Origin: a virus
Length of the DNA stretch: 64,000 nt
Reading direction: 5' to 3' (one strand)
Virus record (IMG/VR): IMGVR_UViG_3300010398_001198
Coordinates: 58,664 to 122,663 of that record
Shown here: one piece after another, positions 1 to 8,955 of the stretch
How the letters are laid out: every line of letters begins with the position of its first letter
How positions within the stretch are numbered: position 1 is the first letter of the stretch
Translations under genes and position numbers: made by a program
Notes under the pieces: generated by a model
Told to the model about the DNA's origin: nothing
What the model saw: the letters and a program-made list of their open reading frames with translations, nothing else
Database searches by the model: none

Positions 1-2
1 CT

Positions 3-101
3 GACATTGTGGGCGCTCCAGTCCGTGGCTATTGTAAGAGCTGCTATCGCTATATCTGGGAGCAGGAGCGTGAGATTTCATCCGTGCCTCTACCTTCGTA
101 A
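3..101 (+). CDS. 3' fragment of a small Cys-motif protein (partial, runs off window)
   Basis: Frame reads DIVGAPVRGYCKSCYRYIWEQEREISSVPLPS*; RGxCxxCY resembles small phage Zn-ribbon motifs. Confidence 0.3.
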   Translation, partial: DIVGAPVRGYCKSCYRYIWEQEREISSVPLPS

Positions 102-318
102 TAGGTGCCATTTACTCACCGATTTGCCCTTGCATCTGCGCCATGCGGCGGAGTCGCGTCGGCTCCTGAAAGAGCACCTCGGCCAGATGCCCCTGTTTGC
201 CGACCTGAACAGCCCCTTTGCCCGGAGAGTGCGCCATGGCTGACGGCGACGATCTCCCTGATAGTGAGTACGAATCTATCTATGGTCGCGAGGCCCTCCT
301 GGACCGCCCCAACGGCCA

Positions 319-618
319 CTAAGCTACCCGCCACTGGTGCTGCTGTGCCGCCATCCGCGCTTGCGGCGAGCCCCGCGCCTCGTCCGCCTTGCGCACGTCG
401 GCCCAAAACGCCGGGGTGGCGAGTGGGATGCCGAGCTTGATATGCCCGGCCAGATTCTCGGAGCGCCCGCATGTGCACGACCAGGTGATGGATCTATCGG
501 CAAAACCCTCCTGGGGCAGCGTCAGGAGGACGTACTGCGTCACGCGCCACGTACAGATATGGGGCTGGGGCATGGCTCCTCTCCTAACGTCTGCGTAGCT
601 TCCCATGGCACCCGACAC
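319..618 (-). CDS. Hypothetical protein (CTC motif)
   Basis: 99-aa ORF continuing the leftward operon, overlaps HNH 3' end. Confidence 0.4.
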   Translation of the reverse strand: MSGAMGSYADVRRGAMPQPHICTWRVTQYVLLTLPQEGFADRSITWSCTCGRSENLAGHIKLGIPLATPAFWADVRKADEARGSPQARMAAQQHQWRVA

Positions 619-841
619 ACAACGTCACCAGGGCACGCATCGGCGCTTCCCACGGACCACCAGGGACATACCACTTATGATGCACTTGCAACTCCTTCTC
701 CTTTGCCCCACACTCCTGACACGTCCACCGATCCCGCTGCATGACCTCCAGCCGCCGCTTTTGCCACCGCGGGTCACGCAGGAGTTGCTGGTAGCGCGTC
801 GGGCGCGGGCGCTTCGGACGGCGCAGGGCGGTGCGGCTCAT
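584..841 (-). CDS. Small phage-type HNH endonuclease
   Basis: W..KRLEVMQRD.WTCQECG...LQVHH...LVTLCVGCH: CxxC + HNH core + CxxCH. Confidence 0.85.
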   Translation of the reverse strand: MSRTALRRPKRPRPTRYQQLLRDPRWQKRRLEVMQRDRWTCQECGAKEKELQVHHKWYVPGGPWEAPMRALVTLCVGCHGKLRRR

Positions 842-897
842 AGCGCCTCTCCTTCTCCACTCCCAATAGGCTGGGATGCCCTATGAAAACAGGGGCT

Positions 898-936
898 GAA
901 TTAGGGGGGGGTGGTGGCCCCACCCCCCCTTAATTC
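898..936. terminator. Intergenic 17-bp stem-loop, probable terminator/processing hairpin
   Basis: GAATTAGGGGGGGGTGG-TGGCC-CCACCCCCCCTTAATTC (one G.U pair) just 3' of the 960..2000 gene. Confidence 0.5.
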
Positions 937-959
937 CTTACGGACCTTTCTGCCCCTTC

Positions 960-2000
960 CTAGAGAATTTGTGGGAACTTTTGTCCCACTCTGCCATGCC
1001 AGACCAACTTCCCGGCATCGCGGAGTTTGATGCCAGGTTCTGTCACCGCGAGGTTCCAGGCATTAATAATCATCGGCGCCTTGGCTTCATCGCGCAGGAT
1101 GTACCGCACCCGCCGTGGGCCTTTTGGCTGGAGAATACGATTCCGTAAGATCAGAATCGGATCTCCTGGCTCTAAGTTTTCTCCTGTGGCCAGACTCCAA
1201 AAAAAGTGATCTGCTCGCCCTTTGCGCTGTTGGGAATCTGCCCCATCCCACGCTGGTGAAACCTCCCGAGGTCTGCCTCGCCTGGGCGGCTTGGGGTCTG
1301 CCGGCAGTGGCCCGACGCGACAGAGGTAATGGAGGGCAGTTGTCAGCCCGGGCGCTGCCAATCCCTGACATTTTTTCCCAAAGGGGATCGACTGCAGAAT
1401 AGACGCATGCTGCGGCAATGTATCCGTGAGTTCATTATCGGTGATATCAGGATGGGCATTCATCATTTGTCCGGTTTCATAGCGATAGACCCAGCGCAAG
1501 GCGGCAGCGATATTCGTGGCGTTCTTGACACCCTGAATCCCCAGAATATCTCCGGCGGTGCGCTTGGCCCCCTGGCCCATCGTCTTAAACCGCTCGAAGT
1601 CAATGCCGTGGACAACGAGGGTCCAGATCGTCTGTTGTAAATCAATCACGGCCTGAAGCCGGTGCTGGCCTTCGACAAGCCGTCCCTCATGGTCGAAAAT
1701 GATCGTTTCTCCGTTAATTTGCCACCGACTTTTCTCAATGGCCCGTTTGAGCCGTCGCAGTTGGGATAACCGTATACTGCGATTGGTGTTTTTCCGCTGT
1801 AAGAGGGTCATGGCCACTTCTGGGGTGATCTCCGCCAAATAAACGCTGATACCCAGGAGACTTAGCGGCAATGTGCGGATCGTACAGGAGAAAAGTGCCG
1901 CATCGAGCGTGATTATGTCCTCAGCATGGAGCACACTTAGTGGCGGGCTCTCATGGGTGAAGAGGTTGCGTTCCTGCTTCTGAGACGCTTCGCTCTGCAT
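960..2000 (-). CDS. ParB/Srx-like (DGQHR-type) domain protein
   Basis: NRSIR...WQINGETIIFDHEGRLVEGQHRLQAV matches the phage ParB-like N-domain; RBS AAAGGAG. Confidence 0.75.
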   Translation of the reverse strand: MQSEASQKQERNLFTHESPPLSVLHAEDIITLDAALFSCTIRTLPLSLLGISVYLAEITPEVAMTLLQRKNTNRSIRLSQLRRLKRAIEKSRWQINGETIIFDHEGRLVEGQHRLQAVIDLQQTIWTLVVHGIDFERFKTMGQGAKRTAGDILGIQGVKNATNIAAALRWVYRYETGQMMNAHPDITDNELTDTLPQHASILQSIPFGKKCQGLAAPGLTTALHYLCRVGPLPADPKPPRRGRPREVSPAWDGADSQQRKGRADHFFWSLATGENLEPGDPILILRNRILQPKGPRRVRYILRDEAKAPMIINAWNLAVTEPGIKLRDAGKLVWHGRVGQKFPQIL

Positions 2001-2021
2001 GGGAGAAGCTCCTTTCGTGAT

Positions 2022-2050
2022 CCCGGATGGTGCTTACATCACCATCCGGG
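2022..2050. promoter_or_regulatory. Perfect 11-bp intergenic inverted repeat
   Basis: CCCGGATGGTG-CTTACAT-CACCATCCGGG. Confidence 0.5.
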
Positions 2051-2054
2051 GGGC

Positions 2055-2267
2055 TTACTGGTCATTCCCTTCCCAGGGATTGACCGCATCGGGGAAGACT
2101 TCGCAGCCCACCCCAAAATAGACCGCCTCATAGCTGAACTCGTCGATGGCATCGAGGAGGTCATACACGAGACTTTTAAAGATGCGCGCCTGTCGCGTCT
2201 CGCGGGTCTCGCCATACGTGTTATAGAGAGCAGAGGGTGGAGGCCGTGGCTGCTGTGATTTCCTCAT
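2055..2267 (-). CDS. Hypothetical protein
   Basis: 70 aa, start overlaps stop of the HAD gene. Confidence 0.55.
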   Translation of the reverse strand: MRKSQQPRPPPSALYNTYGETRETRQARIFKSLVYDLLDAIDEFSYEAVYFGVGCEVFPDAVNPWEGNDQ

Positions 2268-2752
2268 GCGCGTCCTCCTGCCCCCTCTGGTGGTCGCTCA
2301 TGGGGCGGCGCGCTGTTCCGCGTCCAGGGTCGAAACGCCCGCAATGCCTCCACGTCCACCTCGTTCCAGTTGCCGCGAAACGTGATCGCCCGGTCATCAA
2401 TGGTCAGGAATGCCGGGGGCTTGTGTTCGGGAAACGTCAACGCCCAGCGCTCCGTGCCGTCCGGGCTCTCAGCAAACACCGCGTCCACCGTATCCAGACA
2501 GCCGTCCGCCATGACGTACCCGGCCATCTTCCCCCATTCCAGAGCCCAGCGCTGCATAGCCCGCCGTCCGATCAGTGCCCCGGAGCGCGAGGAGTGCACC
2601 GCCAGGGTGAAGTGCGGATGGGCCTCCTCCAGAAAGCGCCAGAGGCCGTCTGTGGGGGGATCAGGGCAGACGTCGATGCCCTGCCAGCCACTGGCATAGG
2701 AATGGATCACGCCGTCATAGTCTAAAATGAGCACGGGCCGATGGGCTGGCAT
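2264..2752 (-). CDS. Phage-type HAD-superfamily hydrolase (nucleotidase/3'-phosphatase-like)
   Basis: Motif I LDYDGVIHSY, motif II SSR, motif III/IV KPPA..TIDDRA. Confidence 0.8.
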   Translation of the reverse strand: MPAHRPVLILDYDGVIHSYASGWQGIDVCPDPPTDGLWRFLEEAHPHFTLAVHSSRSGALIGRRAMQRWALEWGKMAGYVMADGCLDTVDAVFAESPDGTERWALTFPEHKPPAFLTIDDRAITFRGNWNEVDVEALRAFRPWTRNSAPPHERPPEGAGGRA

Positions 2753-2755
2753 AGC

Positions 2756-3088
2756 TCACACCCCCTGCTCTTCCAGCGGCTCTGGGCTGCCCTCTGGCCA
2801 CGCCTCCAGACGATAGGTGCCGCGATCTGCACAGCCTGTCCCCGCTGCTGCATGTGGTGCAGTGACGAGGGGCTCCTGGGGCTCCTCACGTGCCGCCTCG
2901 TCCCAGGCATCCATCGCTAGATCGAGGGCCTCCCGCAGGACCGTCAGCACGCGTGGCTGCTCGTCCAGACGCAGGGCTTGCATCCGGGCATAGAGCGTTG
3001 CCGAGATGGGGAGATCGAGCCGGTGCCTGGCGTCACCCGGTCCTACGGCCAGGCGGCGCTGTTCGCGGAAGTAATACTGATAGATCAT
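2756..3088 (-). CDS. Hypothetical protein
   Basis: 110 aa, RBS AGGAG, tight operon spacing. Confidence 0.6.
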   Translation of the reverse strand: MIYQYYFREQRRLAVGPGDARHRLDLPISATLYARMQALRLDEQPRVLTVLREALDLAMDAWDEAAREEPQEPLVTAPHAAAGTGCADRGTYRLEAWPEGSPEPLEEQGV

Positions 3089-3098
3089 GGGATTGCTC

Positions 3099-3260
3099 CT
3101 ATCTCAGCCCAAGAATGATTACCCAGAACAACAACACCCACCCGAGGAAGGCCAGCCCGCTGCCCACGGCGACCAGCACGAGGAACAGCCGCCGGTCACG
3201 GGTGCACGTCGCATGCTCGCGCGGATACCAGCGGTCGTCATCGTTGTGGGCTTCGACCAT
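3099..3260 (-). CDS. Small single-TM membrane protein (53 aa; not in ORF track)
   Basis: AGGAGG RBS, MVEAHNDDDRWYPREHATCTRDRRLFLVLVAVGSGLAFLGWVLLFWVIILGLR*. Confidence 0.6.
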   Translation of the reverse strand: MVEAHNDDDRWYPREHATCTRDRRLFLVLVAVGSGLAFLGWVLLFWVIILGLR

Positions 3261-3281
3261 GGCGACCTCCTGTGGAGGAGA

Positions 3282-3358
3282 GGGTTAAGGTTTAAGGGGG
3301 GAAATGGCCACATGCTCTTCCTCTCTTGCTTAAAACTTAAATCTTAAAACTTAAATCT
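3282..3358. repeat. Heptamer-armed inverted element, copy E1
   Basis: (AGGGTTA/AGGTTTA) arm, spacer, (CTTAAAA/CTTAAAT) arm; supplies the TAA stop of the VRR-NUC gene. Confidence 0.75.
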
Positions 3359-3896
3359 CCCCTGTCGTGTCGGGGAACATATCAGGACGATCGATATACC
3401 AGCAGAGCGCCGTCGCCGCGGCGAGCCAGCCCTGATAGGTGCCGACGTAATGGCCCGCGTGTGCCAGCAAGGCGTGCATGGCCCGTTGGTTGGCATCGGC
3501 ACGACGACCCTGGGCTTTGAGCTCTAACCACATGCCGTGGTAGCCCCGGCGAGCCAGCGGCCAATGCAAATCTGGACACCCTGGACGCACGCCCATCGCC
3601 TTCAGGCGACCCGCGCCGGCCTTGCTCCGGTATTTGCCGTTCGGGATGTGGTAGAGGAGCCGGAGCAGAGGCACCTCACGCACCGCCACCTCATCGACCC
3701 AGCGCAGGAGGGCGATCTGCTCCTCTTCTTCCCACTGCCGCCGCCTGCGCATCGTGTGCCACTTGGTGGCTGGGAGATCGAGGCTCGGCACGGGCATCGC
3801 AGGAGCAGTGGGCGGTGTAGGGCGGGCGGCTCTGCCGTTAGTAATGACATAGCCCCGGGCCGTGAGCAGGTCTTCCATCGTCGTGATCAGGGCCAT
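3351..3896 (-). CDS. VRR-NUC domain nuclease (Holliday-junction resolvase-like)
   Basis: LYHIPNG...LKAMGVRPGCPDL...HGMWLELKA....Q. Confidence 0.85.
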   Translation of the reverse strand: MALITTMEDLLTARGYVITNGRAARPTPPTAPAMPVPSLDLPATKWHTMRRRRQWEEEEQIALLRWVDEVAVREVPLLRLLYHIPNGKYRSKAGAGRLKAMGVRPGCPDLHWPLARRGYHGMWLELKAQGRRADANQRAMHALLAHAGHYVGTYQGWLAAATALCWYIDRPDMFPDTTGEI

Positions 3897-4099
3897 ACGC
3901 CGTCCTCCTCTAGAGCCTCATTGGCCAGCCATTGGCGCAGGGCCTGCCGCTCCATCGCGGTCAGCACCAGCATGAGAAAGGCCACATGCGTCTCCGTTTC
4001 CATGGCGTCCCAGGCTCGCTGGAGCGTCTGCTTGGGCGTGGGGTGCTGCCGGGGCCTGACGCGGGCGGCCCGGCGCGGACGGGGCAGCGGCGCGGTCAT
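3887..4099 (-). CDS. Hypothetical protein
   Basis: 70 aa, overlaps both neighbours (translational coupling). Confidence 0.5.
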   Translation of the reverse strand: MTAPLPRPRRAARVRPRQHPTPKQTLQRAWDAMETETHVAFLMLVLTAMERQALRQWLANEALEEDGVWP

Positions 4100-4380
4100 G
4101 GCGTCTTCTCCCCTGGTGAGCGCCGTCTGACCCGCAGGGCGCGTGTCCAGCGATGACAACAGCACAGACAGCGACGCGGCTCAGGCACGCCGTCAAAGTG
4201 CACCAAATCAAAGGGGTGGACCTGCAGGGCCTGCGCCCAGCGCTCCAGCTCGGCCAGCGTCACCCCTTGTTCCTGGCGCTCGATGCGCTCCAGGCGCCGC
4301 TGACTGGTCTCTAACGTCGCGGCCAGCGCCTCACGCGACTGCTGCCGGCGCACGCACTCGTCAAACAACAACATCTCCAT
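4096..4380 (-). CDS. XRE-family HTH regulator (Cro-like position)
   Basis: SREALAATLETSQRRLERIERQEQGVTLAELERWAQALQV; first gene of leftward operon. Confidence 0.7.
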   Translation of the reverse strand: MEMLLFDECVRRQQSREALAATLETSQRRLERIERQEQGVTLAELERWAQALQVHPFDLVHFDGVPEPRRCLCCCHRWTRALRVRRRSPGEKTP

Positions 4381-4442
4381 AGGCTCGTTCCTGAGAGGGG
4401 GGCATGTACGTTGAAAAAGCGCTATAATTGCGAATAGGTGGT

Positions 4443-4470
4443 ATTATAAAGCGATTAGAGGACAGCGCAA
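4443..4470 (-). promoter_or_regulatory. Sigma70-like promoter for the leftward operon
   Basis: TTGCGC-16 bp-TATAAT in an AT-rich intergenic region. Confidence 0.5.
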
Positions 4471-4587
4471 GCGCAAAAAAATAGCACTATGCGCCTAGGG
4501 GTTTTTCCACAAAGCCAGACACTTCGCCTATTGTTTTTTTCGCTACAGTCCACTATTCTGTGCCAGATTCTGGTACGATAGATAAGC

Positions 4588-4688
4588 AGTTTTAAGCGTT
4601 AAGTTTTAAGTTTTAAGGGGGAGGAGATAGTGTAGGATGGTGCGCATCTGCACCAGTCTCCGACCCTTAACCCTTAACCCTTAAATCT
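4588..4688. repeat. Heptamer-armed inverted element, copy E2
   Basis: AGTTTTAAG-CGTTAAG-(TTTTAAG)2 ... (CCCTTAA)3-ATCT; terminal IR AG(T/A)TTTAAG. Confidence 0.8.
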
Positions 4689-4714
4689 ACGTGGTAGAAG
4701 GAGATCAGGAAGAC

Positions 4715-5197
4715 ATGGGACGCAGCCCGAAAATGCCGCTCGGTTCCTCGGAAGCGTTTGTGCTCCGGGCGTTGGAAGTCCGGGCCGCCGCTGCCACCCG
4801 CCTGCGGGTGGCGAAGGAGATCTCTGGGATCATGGATAGGGACCTGGGACACCAGGCGGGGCTGCAACAGCGGCATACCAGTTCGATCCTGGCCGGGGAG
4901 AAGTGGCCCTCGTTGCGGGCGCTCCTCTACCTGGCGTTCAGCCTGGAGGTGCCCCTGTCGCAGCTCCTCGTTCCATCGCCCAGCAGCGTCGAGGAGGACG
5001 ATCTTGCTGCGCATCTCCAGGCCATCCCCGACCTGCGCGCGCTCGTCTCTCGCGTGGCCCGGTGGCCCGCCGCGGACGTGGCCGCGCTGCGCCAACTTGC
5101 CACCCTCCTGGAGCACCGCCGCACCGTGCTGCCGGGTTTTGTCGCGATGCTGGAAGCGACCGCCGTGCTTGCCCCGCCGGCACCCTCTCCCGTCTAA
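4715..5197 (+). CDS. XRE-family HTH regulator (CI-like, divergent)
   Basis: DLGHQAGLQQRHTSSILAGEKWPSLRALLYLAFSLEVPLSQLL. Confidence 0.7.
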   Translation: MGRSPKMPLGSSEAFVLRALEVRAAAATRLRVAKEISGIMDRDLGHQAGLQQRHTSSILAGEKWPSLRALLYLAFSLEVPLSQLLVPSPSSVEEDDLAAHLQAIPDLRALVSRVARWPAADVAALRQLATLLEHRRTVLPGFVAMLEATAVLAPPAPSPV

Positions 5198-5333
5198 CCC
5201 GGTACCAAATTCTTCCTTGTGTTTTCCTGATGGATGGGATAGGGTTTTCCCCTATGCCTATCTAAGGGAATGACCTGAGTTGCCCACACCAGGCAGTTGG
5301 GGCCGCTGGCTCCGAGCCAGGAGGAGTGGTCCT

Positions 5334-5528
5334 ATGGCCGATGGGTGTTTGCGTCCTGATCTGGTTCTGGCCGATGTCCACCTGACGCGCCGTCCCCTGC
5401 CCCCCATCGCCCGTGATGAACTCCATGTCCTCCTCGACGTGTTGCCGGACAGCATGATGATGGCCCTGCATGCCACGCTGCGGGCCTTGCTCCAGCCGCC
5501 CAGGTATCCTGATCCCCCGGCCACCTGA
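5334..5528 (+). CDS. Small hypothetical protein
   Basis: AGGAGG RBS before ATG, 64 aa. Confidence 0.5.
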   Translation: MADGCLRPDLVLADVHLTRRPLPPIARDELHVLLDVLPDSMMMALHATLRALLQPPRYPDPPAT

Positions 5529-5653
5529 CCGTGCCTGCGGGCTCCCGTGTCGGAGCAGCACCTGTACCATGTCCGTCCAGGTATTACGCGCACCGATATT
5601 CCTGGTGCCCACTATTAGTTTTGCTGATAGGGGCTATTGCTTTTACTGATACG

Positions 5654-6757
5654 TCACCGCCGTAATCCTGGGCGTCTGCGCTCGCGGGGTTCGGGTTCTT
5701 TCGGTTTCTCTGGTGCCGGCGCGGGTGTCACGGGCCGCAAGAGTGCCCCCCGCGCTTGCCCCTGATACGTCCCGACCACCAGGATCGCCCCATCATTGCT
5801 GATCCCCACACTCCGCTGGAACGTCCAGCCGTCCGCCCCCGTGGTGAGTGGTAACAGCGGCACGGCCTGCCCCTGCTCACACCTGATCGCCTGGGTGATA
5901 TTGCCGGTGGCGGCAAAGCGCCCACTCTGCCCGACCGCCTCATCCGCATCGTTCAAGGCCCCCAGGCTGGTGAATTGATCCCCGGTGACGGGCTCACAGA
6001 GGATCACGGTCCCGTCGTACGCGCGCACAAAGCCACGACTCCCGCTGAGCGCCAGCACTTCACCTGCCACACTCCCAGCCGTGTTGATGGCGAAGCCGAG
6101 ACTGCCCCGACTGGGGGTGGTGACGGGATGGACGTCCGTCTCCCCGCCACTGAGCGGCCAGACGACGGCATGGGTGTCCCCGCCTGGCGTGGCGTCCCAG
6201 CCGACGATGGTGCCCGCCTCGTTGATGCCGAGGCCAAAGCTCGGCCCCTGCGCCAGGAGCGGGAGGATGGTCCAGCCGCTGCCGTCCGAGCGCAGGGCCA
6301 CAATCTGGGTGACGTCGGGATTATCGCCAAAGCCCGCAAAGAGCCCCTGCGTGTTCACCCCACTGGCGGCGGAAAAGAGGATGTCGCCATCCGTCGTGCC
6401 CAGGTCTTGAAACGCCCCATCCTCATTGAGGCCAAACGCGTGCGTGCGGGTGCCGAACGGTCCCAGGTGAAACTGCCCCGCCACGAGCTGCCCCGCCGTG
6501 CCCTGGCCGAACGCGGTGGTAACCTCGGCCGGGAGCGTGAGGATGGTCTGCACGCCATCCTCGGTGAGGAGGATCAGGGCCGTATGGGGGGTCGGCTGCT
6601 GCACCTCGACCTGCACCAGAGCGCGGTGTTGGGCACGGTCGAGGGCCACGGGGGTGACGCCAGGATCGAGGGCGAGCAAGGTATACTGCGCGGGGAAGGC
6701 GTGGGCGCCGCTGACGAGCCCACACAGAAGCAGACTGATAAGGAGCACTGGTCGCAT
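5654..6757 (-). CDS. Secreted HAF-repeat (extracellular repeat) protein
   Basis: Signal peptide MRPVLLISLLLCGLVSGAHA after GGAGG; repeats DLGT..., ASGVNTQG, GLGINEAGTIVG, HAVVW, FAINTAGSVAG, ALNDADEAVG; Pro/charged C-tail. Confidence 0.75.
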   Translation of the reverse strand: MRPVLLISLLLCGLVSGAHAFPAQYTLLALDPGVTPVALDRAQHRALVQVEVQQPTPHTALILLTEDGVQTILTLPAEVTTAFGQGTAGQLVAGQFHLGPFGTRTHAFGLNEDGAFQDLGTTDGDILFSAASGVNTQGLFAGFGDNPDVTQIVALRSDGSGWTILPLLAQGPSFGLGINEAGTIVGWDATPGGDTHAVVWPLSGGETDVHPVTTPSRGSLGFAINTAGSVAGEVLALSGSRGFVRAYDGTVILCEPVTGDQFTSLGALNDADEAVGQSGRFAATGNITQAIRCEQGQAVPLLPLTTGADGWTFQRSVGISNDGAILVVGTYQGQARGALLRPVTPAPAPEKPKEPEPRERRRPGLRR

Positions 6758-7027
6758 GCGAATCCCTCCAGGGCCATCTAGGGCCCACCCACGTTTCCGT
6801 TGCGATTCCTGGACGTGCGTCTCGTAAGCAGGCCTCACGGGCCACATAGGGCCCCACCGGGAGGCGGCGACGTCTGGGGAGAGTGTACGGGCTTTTGCAA
6901 GGGGCTGCGAGGGGCGAGTGCCAGGGGCTGGCCGTCGGGCTTCGAGGGCTACCGCGACCAGCCCGGCATCACGAGGCAGGGCCTCTTGATCGGCACAGTG
7001 TAGCACAGATGCCGGCGCGTGGACCAC

Positions 7028-7297
7028 TCAGGGGGCGCGCCCATAGACGAGTTCGTGCAGGCTGATCTCCAAGGCTTCGGCAATCGCCACGATGGTGGCG
7101 AGGGTGAGGCGGGGATGGCGGCCGGATTCGACCACCGCAATCGTATGCTGGGAGAGTTCGGCGACTTCGGCCAGGCGCGTCTGGGTCCACCCCTTTTCCA
7201 CACGCCGCCCCGCCACCCGGCGACCTATCGGCCCTAAGTTCAGTGGGCGCACCCCAATCCCTTTGGTGAGAGACACTGCTCCTATAAGTATCAACAT
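7028..7297 (-). CDS. XRE-family HTH regulator divergent from the tra operon
   Basis: GWTQTRLAEVAELSQHTIAVVESGRHPRLTLATIVAIAEALEISLHEL. Confidence 0.85.
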   Translation of the reverse strand: MLILIGAVSLTKGIGVRPLNLGPIGRRVAGRRVEKGWTQTRLAEVAELSQHTIAVVESGRHPRLTLATIVAIAEALEISLHELVYGRAP

Positions 7298-7380
7298 AGT
7301 ATCCCTTGCACGTCAAGCGATTCTGCATCCTTGATGGCGTGACGAACCTCCCCAATGCACGCCCGGTCACAAAAAAAAGA

Positions 7381-7409
7381 TTGTACATGATGCCCCGTTG
7401 CTCTACAAT
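7381..7409 (+). promoter_or_regulatory. Probable tra operon promoter
   Basis: TTGTAC-17 bp-TACAAT upstream of the first tra gene (RBS AGGAGA). Confidence 0.6.
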
Positions 7410-7463
7410 GAATGATTATGGTACTCTAATGAGCGAACGATACTAACCAAGAGGAGATGCAGC

Positions 7464-7934
7464 ATGAACCGTTGGTGGACTGGCGTGGCGGTTGCCTGCC
7501 TCATCGTCGGCGTGGGCCTGGCGCCCATGGCCTGGGCGAATACGGTGGCGACCACCGGCCAGGCGGTCCAGATTGGTGGGATTGATGATGCGGCTGCGAC
7601 CGGGTGGAGTTATATGACGGGCATGCCCCTGAAACTCCTGTCGGGAGGTGCCATTGCGACCGGACTGCTCCGTCTCGCGGGGGGCTATCCCGGCCAGGCC
7701 GTCCTGGCGGGGGGGGCTGGAGTCGGTGGCGCGTTTCTCTCGCGCACCGTGGACAGTGCCTACACCGCTGCGGCAGCGGCGACCGGGCTCCTGCAGGGGT
7801 TGCCAAGTGCCCTGCAGGCGTTTCTCGACGGGTTTACGGGCGTGCGTCTGGTGCATGACCCGGTGTTCTGGCTGGCGCTGGCCCTCGTGTTGTTGTGCCT
7901 CCATGGCCTGCGGCAGCATCGTCTGGGCCTCTAA
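7464..7934 (+). CDS. Putative conjugative pilin (TraA/VirB2-like)
   Basis: Signal peptide (..PMAWA) plus Gly/Ala-rich hydrophobic helices; first gene before traL. Confidence 0.45.
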   Translation: MNRWWTGVAVACLIVGVGLAPMAWANTVATTGQAVQIGGIDDAAATGWSYMTGMPLKLLSGGAIATGLLRLAGGYPGQAVLAGGAGVGGAFLSRTVDSAYTAAAAATGLLQGLPSALQAFLDGFTGVRLVHDPVFWLALALVLLCLHGLRQHRLGL

Positions 7935-7982
7935 CCGTGTGCTGGCCCTCTGGTGGACGCAGGGGGCCAGCGAAAGGGCGTC

Positions 7983-8114
7983 ATGGTGCTCTATGGTGAA
8001 CTCACGTTGGTAGCGCTGGTGCTCGGTGGGCTCTGGCTGGCGAGCCTGCGCCACCGGCAGCGCGACCCGAGGAAAGACACGCATGTGGAAACGCTGTCCT
8101 CAAGTGCTCGATGA
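7983..8114 (+). CDS. Possible small membrane peptide (43 aa)
   Basis: MVLYGELTLVALVLGGLWLASLRHRQRD..., overlaps traL start. Confidence 0.3.
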   Translation: MVLYGELTLVALVLGGLWLASLRHRQRDPRKDTHVETLSSSAR

Positions 8115-8358
8115 ACCCATTACCGTCTACGGCGTGGACCTGGATGATGTGCGCAATGTCGGCATGGTCTCGGTGGGCCTCCTGATGCTCCTGCCCCCGA
8201 CGATCTGGTTGCTCGGCACGCTCGTGGGCGGGTATGCCAATTACCGAGGCAAGCGTGGCAAGCCTCCGGGCGCGGTGCTGCACTGGCTGCATGAGATGCA
8301 ACTGCTCCCGCTCCCGGGTCTGTTGCCACCGCGTCCGATGACCTATAGCCCGTGGTAA
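8083..8358 (+). CDS. traL: Conjugative transfer protein TraL
   Basis: LDEP motif, TM segment, KRGKPPGAVLHWL; canonical position before traE. Confidence 0.75.
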   Translation: MWKRCPQVLDEPITVYGVDLDDVRNVGMVSVGLLMLLPPTIWLLGTLVGGYANYRGKRGKPPGAVLHWLHEMQLLPLPGLLPPRPMTYSPW

Positions 8359-8360
8359 GC

Positions 8361-8948
8361 ATGATGCCCTCCTGGATGGACAAATACATCACGACCGAGA
8401 CTATGCAGACCGGCTTGCTGACGGCGCTCGTCTTGAGCTTACTCCTCGCCCTTGGGGGCTGGACCGTGGTCGCCTGGCAGATCCTGCGTGGCCCGCTCGC
8501 CTACCTCGTGCCCCCAGGTGGCCCGGGCCTCGTGCGCCCCGGGGTCCTCGACGATGGGACGGCGCTCGATCTCGCTGAGCGGGTGCTCAAGGCGCGCTTT
8601 ACCTTTACGCCGGCCTCCTATAAGGCCGAGCAAGAGGCGGTCAAACGCTGTCTGGGTGGCGGGGCCGCCGCGGCCCTCACCGCGACCATGGAGCAGGAGC
8701 ACAAACTAGTCAAGCAGTATGAGGTGTTGAGTCAACTCCATGTCGAGCACGCGGAGATTCGGGCCCGGAAACACGGCAAGGTCCTCGTGCATCTCGAGGG
8801 CGTGCGCACCCTCACGATCAAGGCCCTCACGTACCGCGAAGAGTCGATCCATTCGGACATGGTGCTCACGCCGTTCTTTGGCACCGGCGAATGCCGGAGC
8901 ATCCTCATTGAGCAATGGCTGACGACCCCAGACTTGAAGACAGACTAG
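8361..8948 (+). CDS. traE: Conjugative transfer protein TraE (VirB8-like)
   Basis: N-terminal TM, FTFTPASY..Q, V.LEG.RTL; synteny. Confidence 0.7.
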   Translation: MMPSWMDKYITTETMQTGLLTALVLSLLLALGGWTVVAWQILRGPLAYLVPPGGPGLVRPGVLDDGTALDLAERVLKARFTFTPASYKAEQEAVKRCLGGGAAAALTATMEQEHKLVKQYEVLSQLHVEHAEIRARKHGKVLVHLEGVRTLTIKALTYREESIHSDMVLTPFFGTGECRSILIEQWLTTPDLKTD

Positions 8949-8955
8949 GAGGGCT

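Noticed and set aside
6758-7027. N-terminal 90-aa extension of the HAF protein in the ORF track
   Set aside because: The signal peptide and GGAGG RBS place the real start at 6757.
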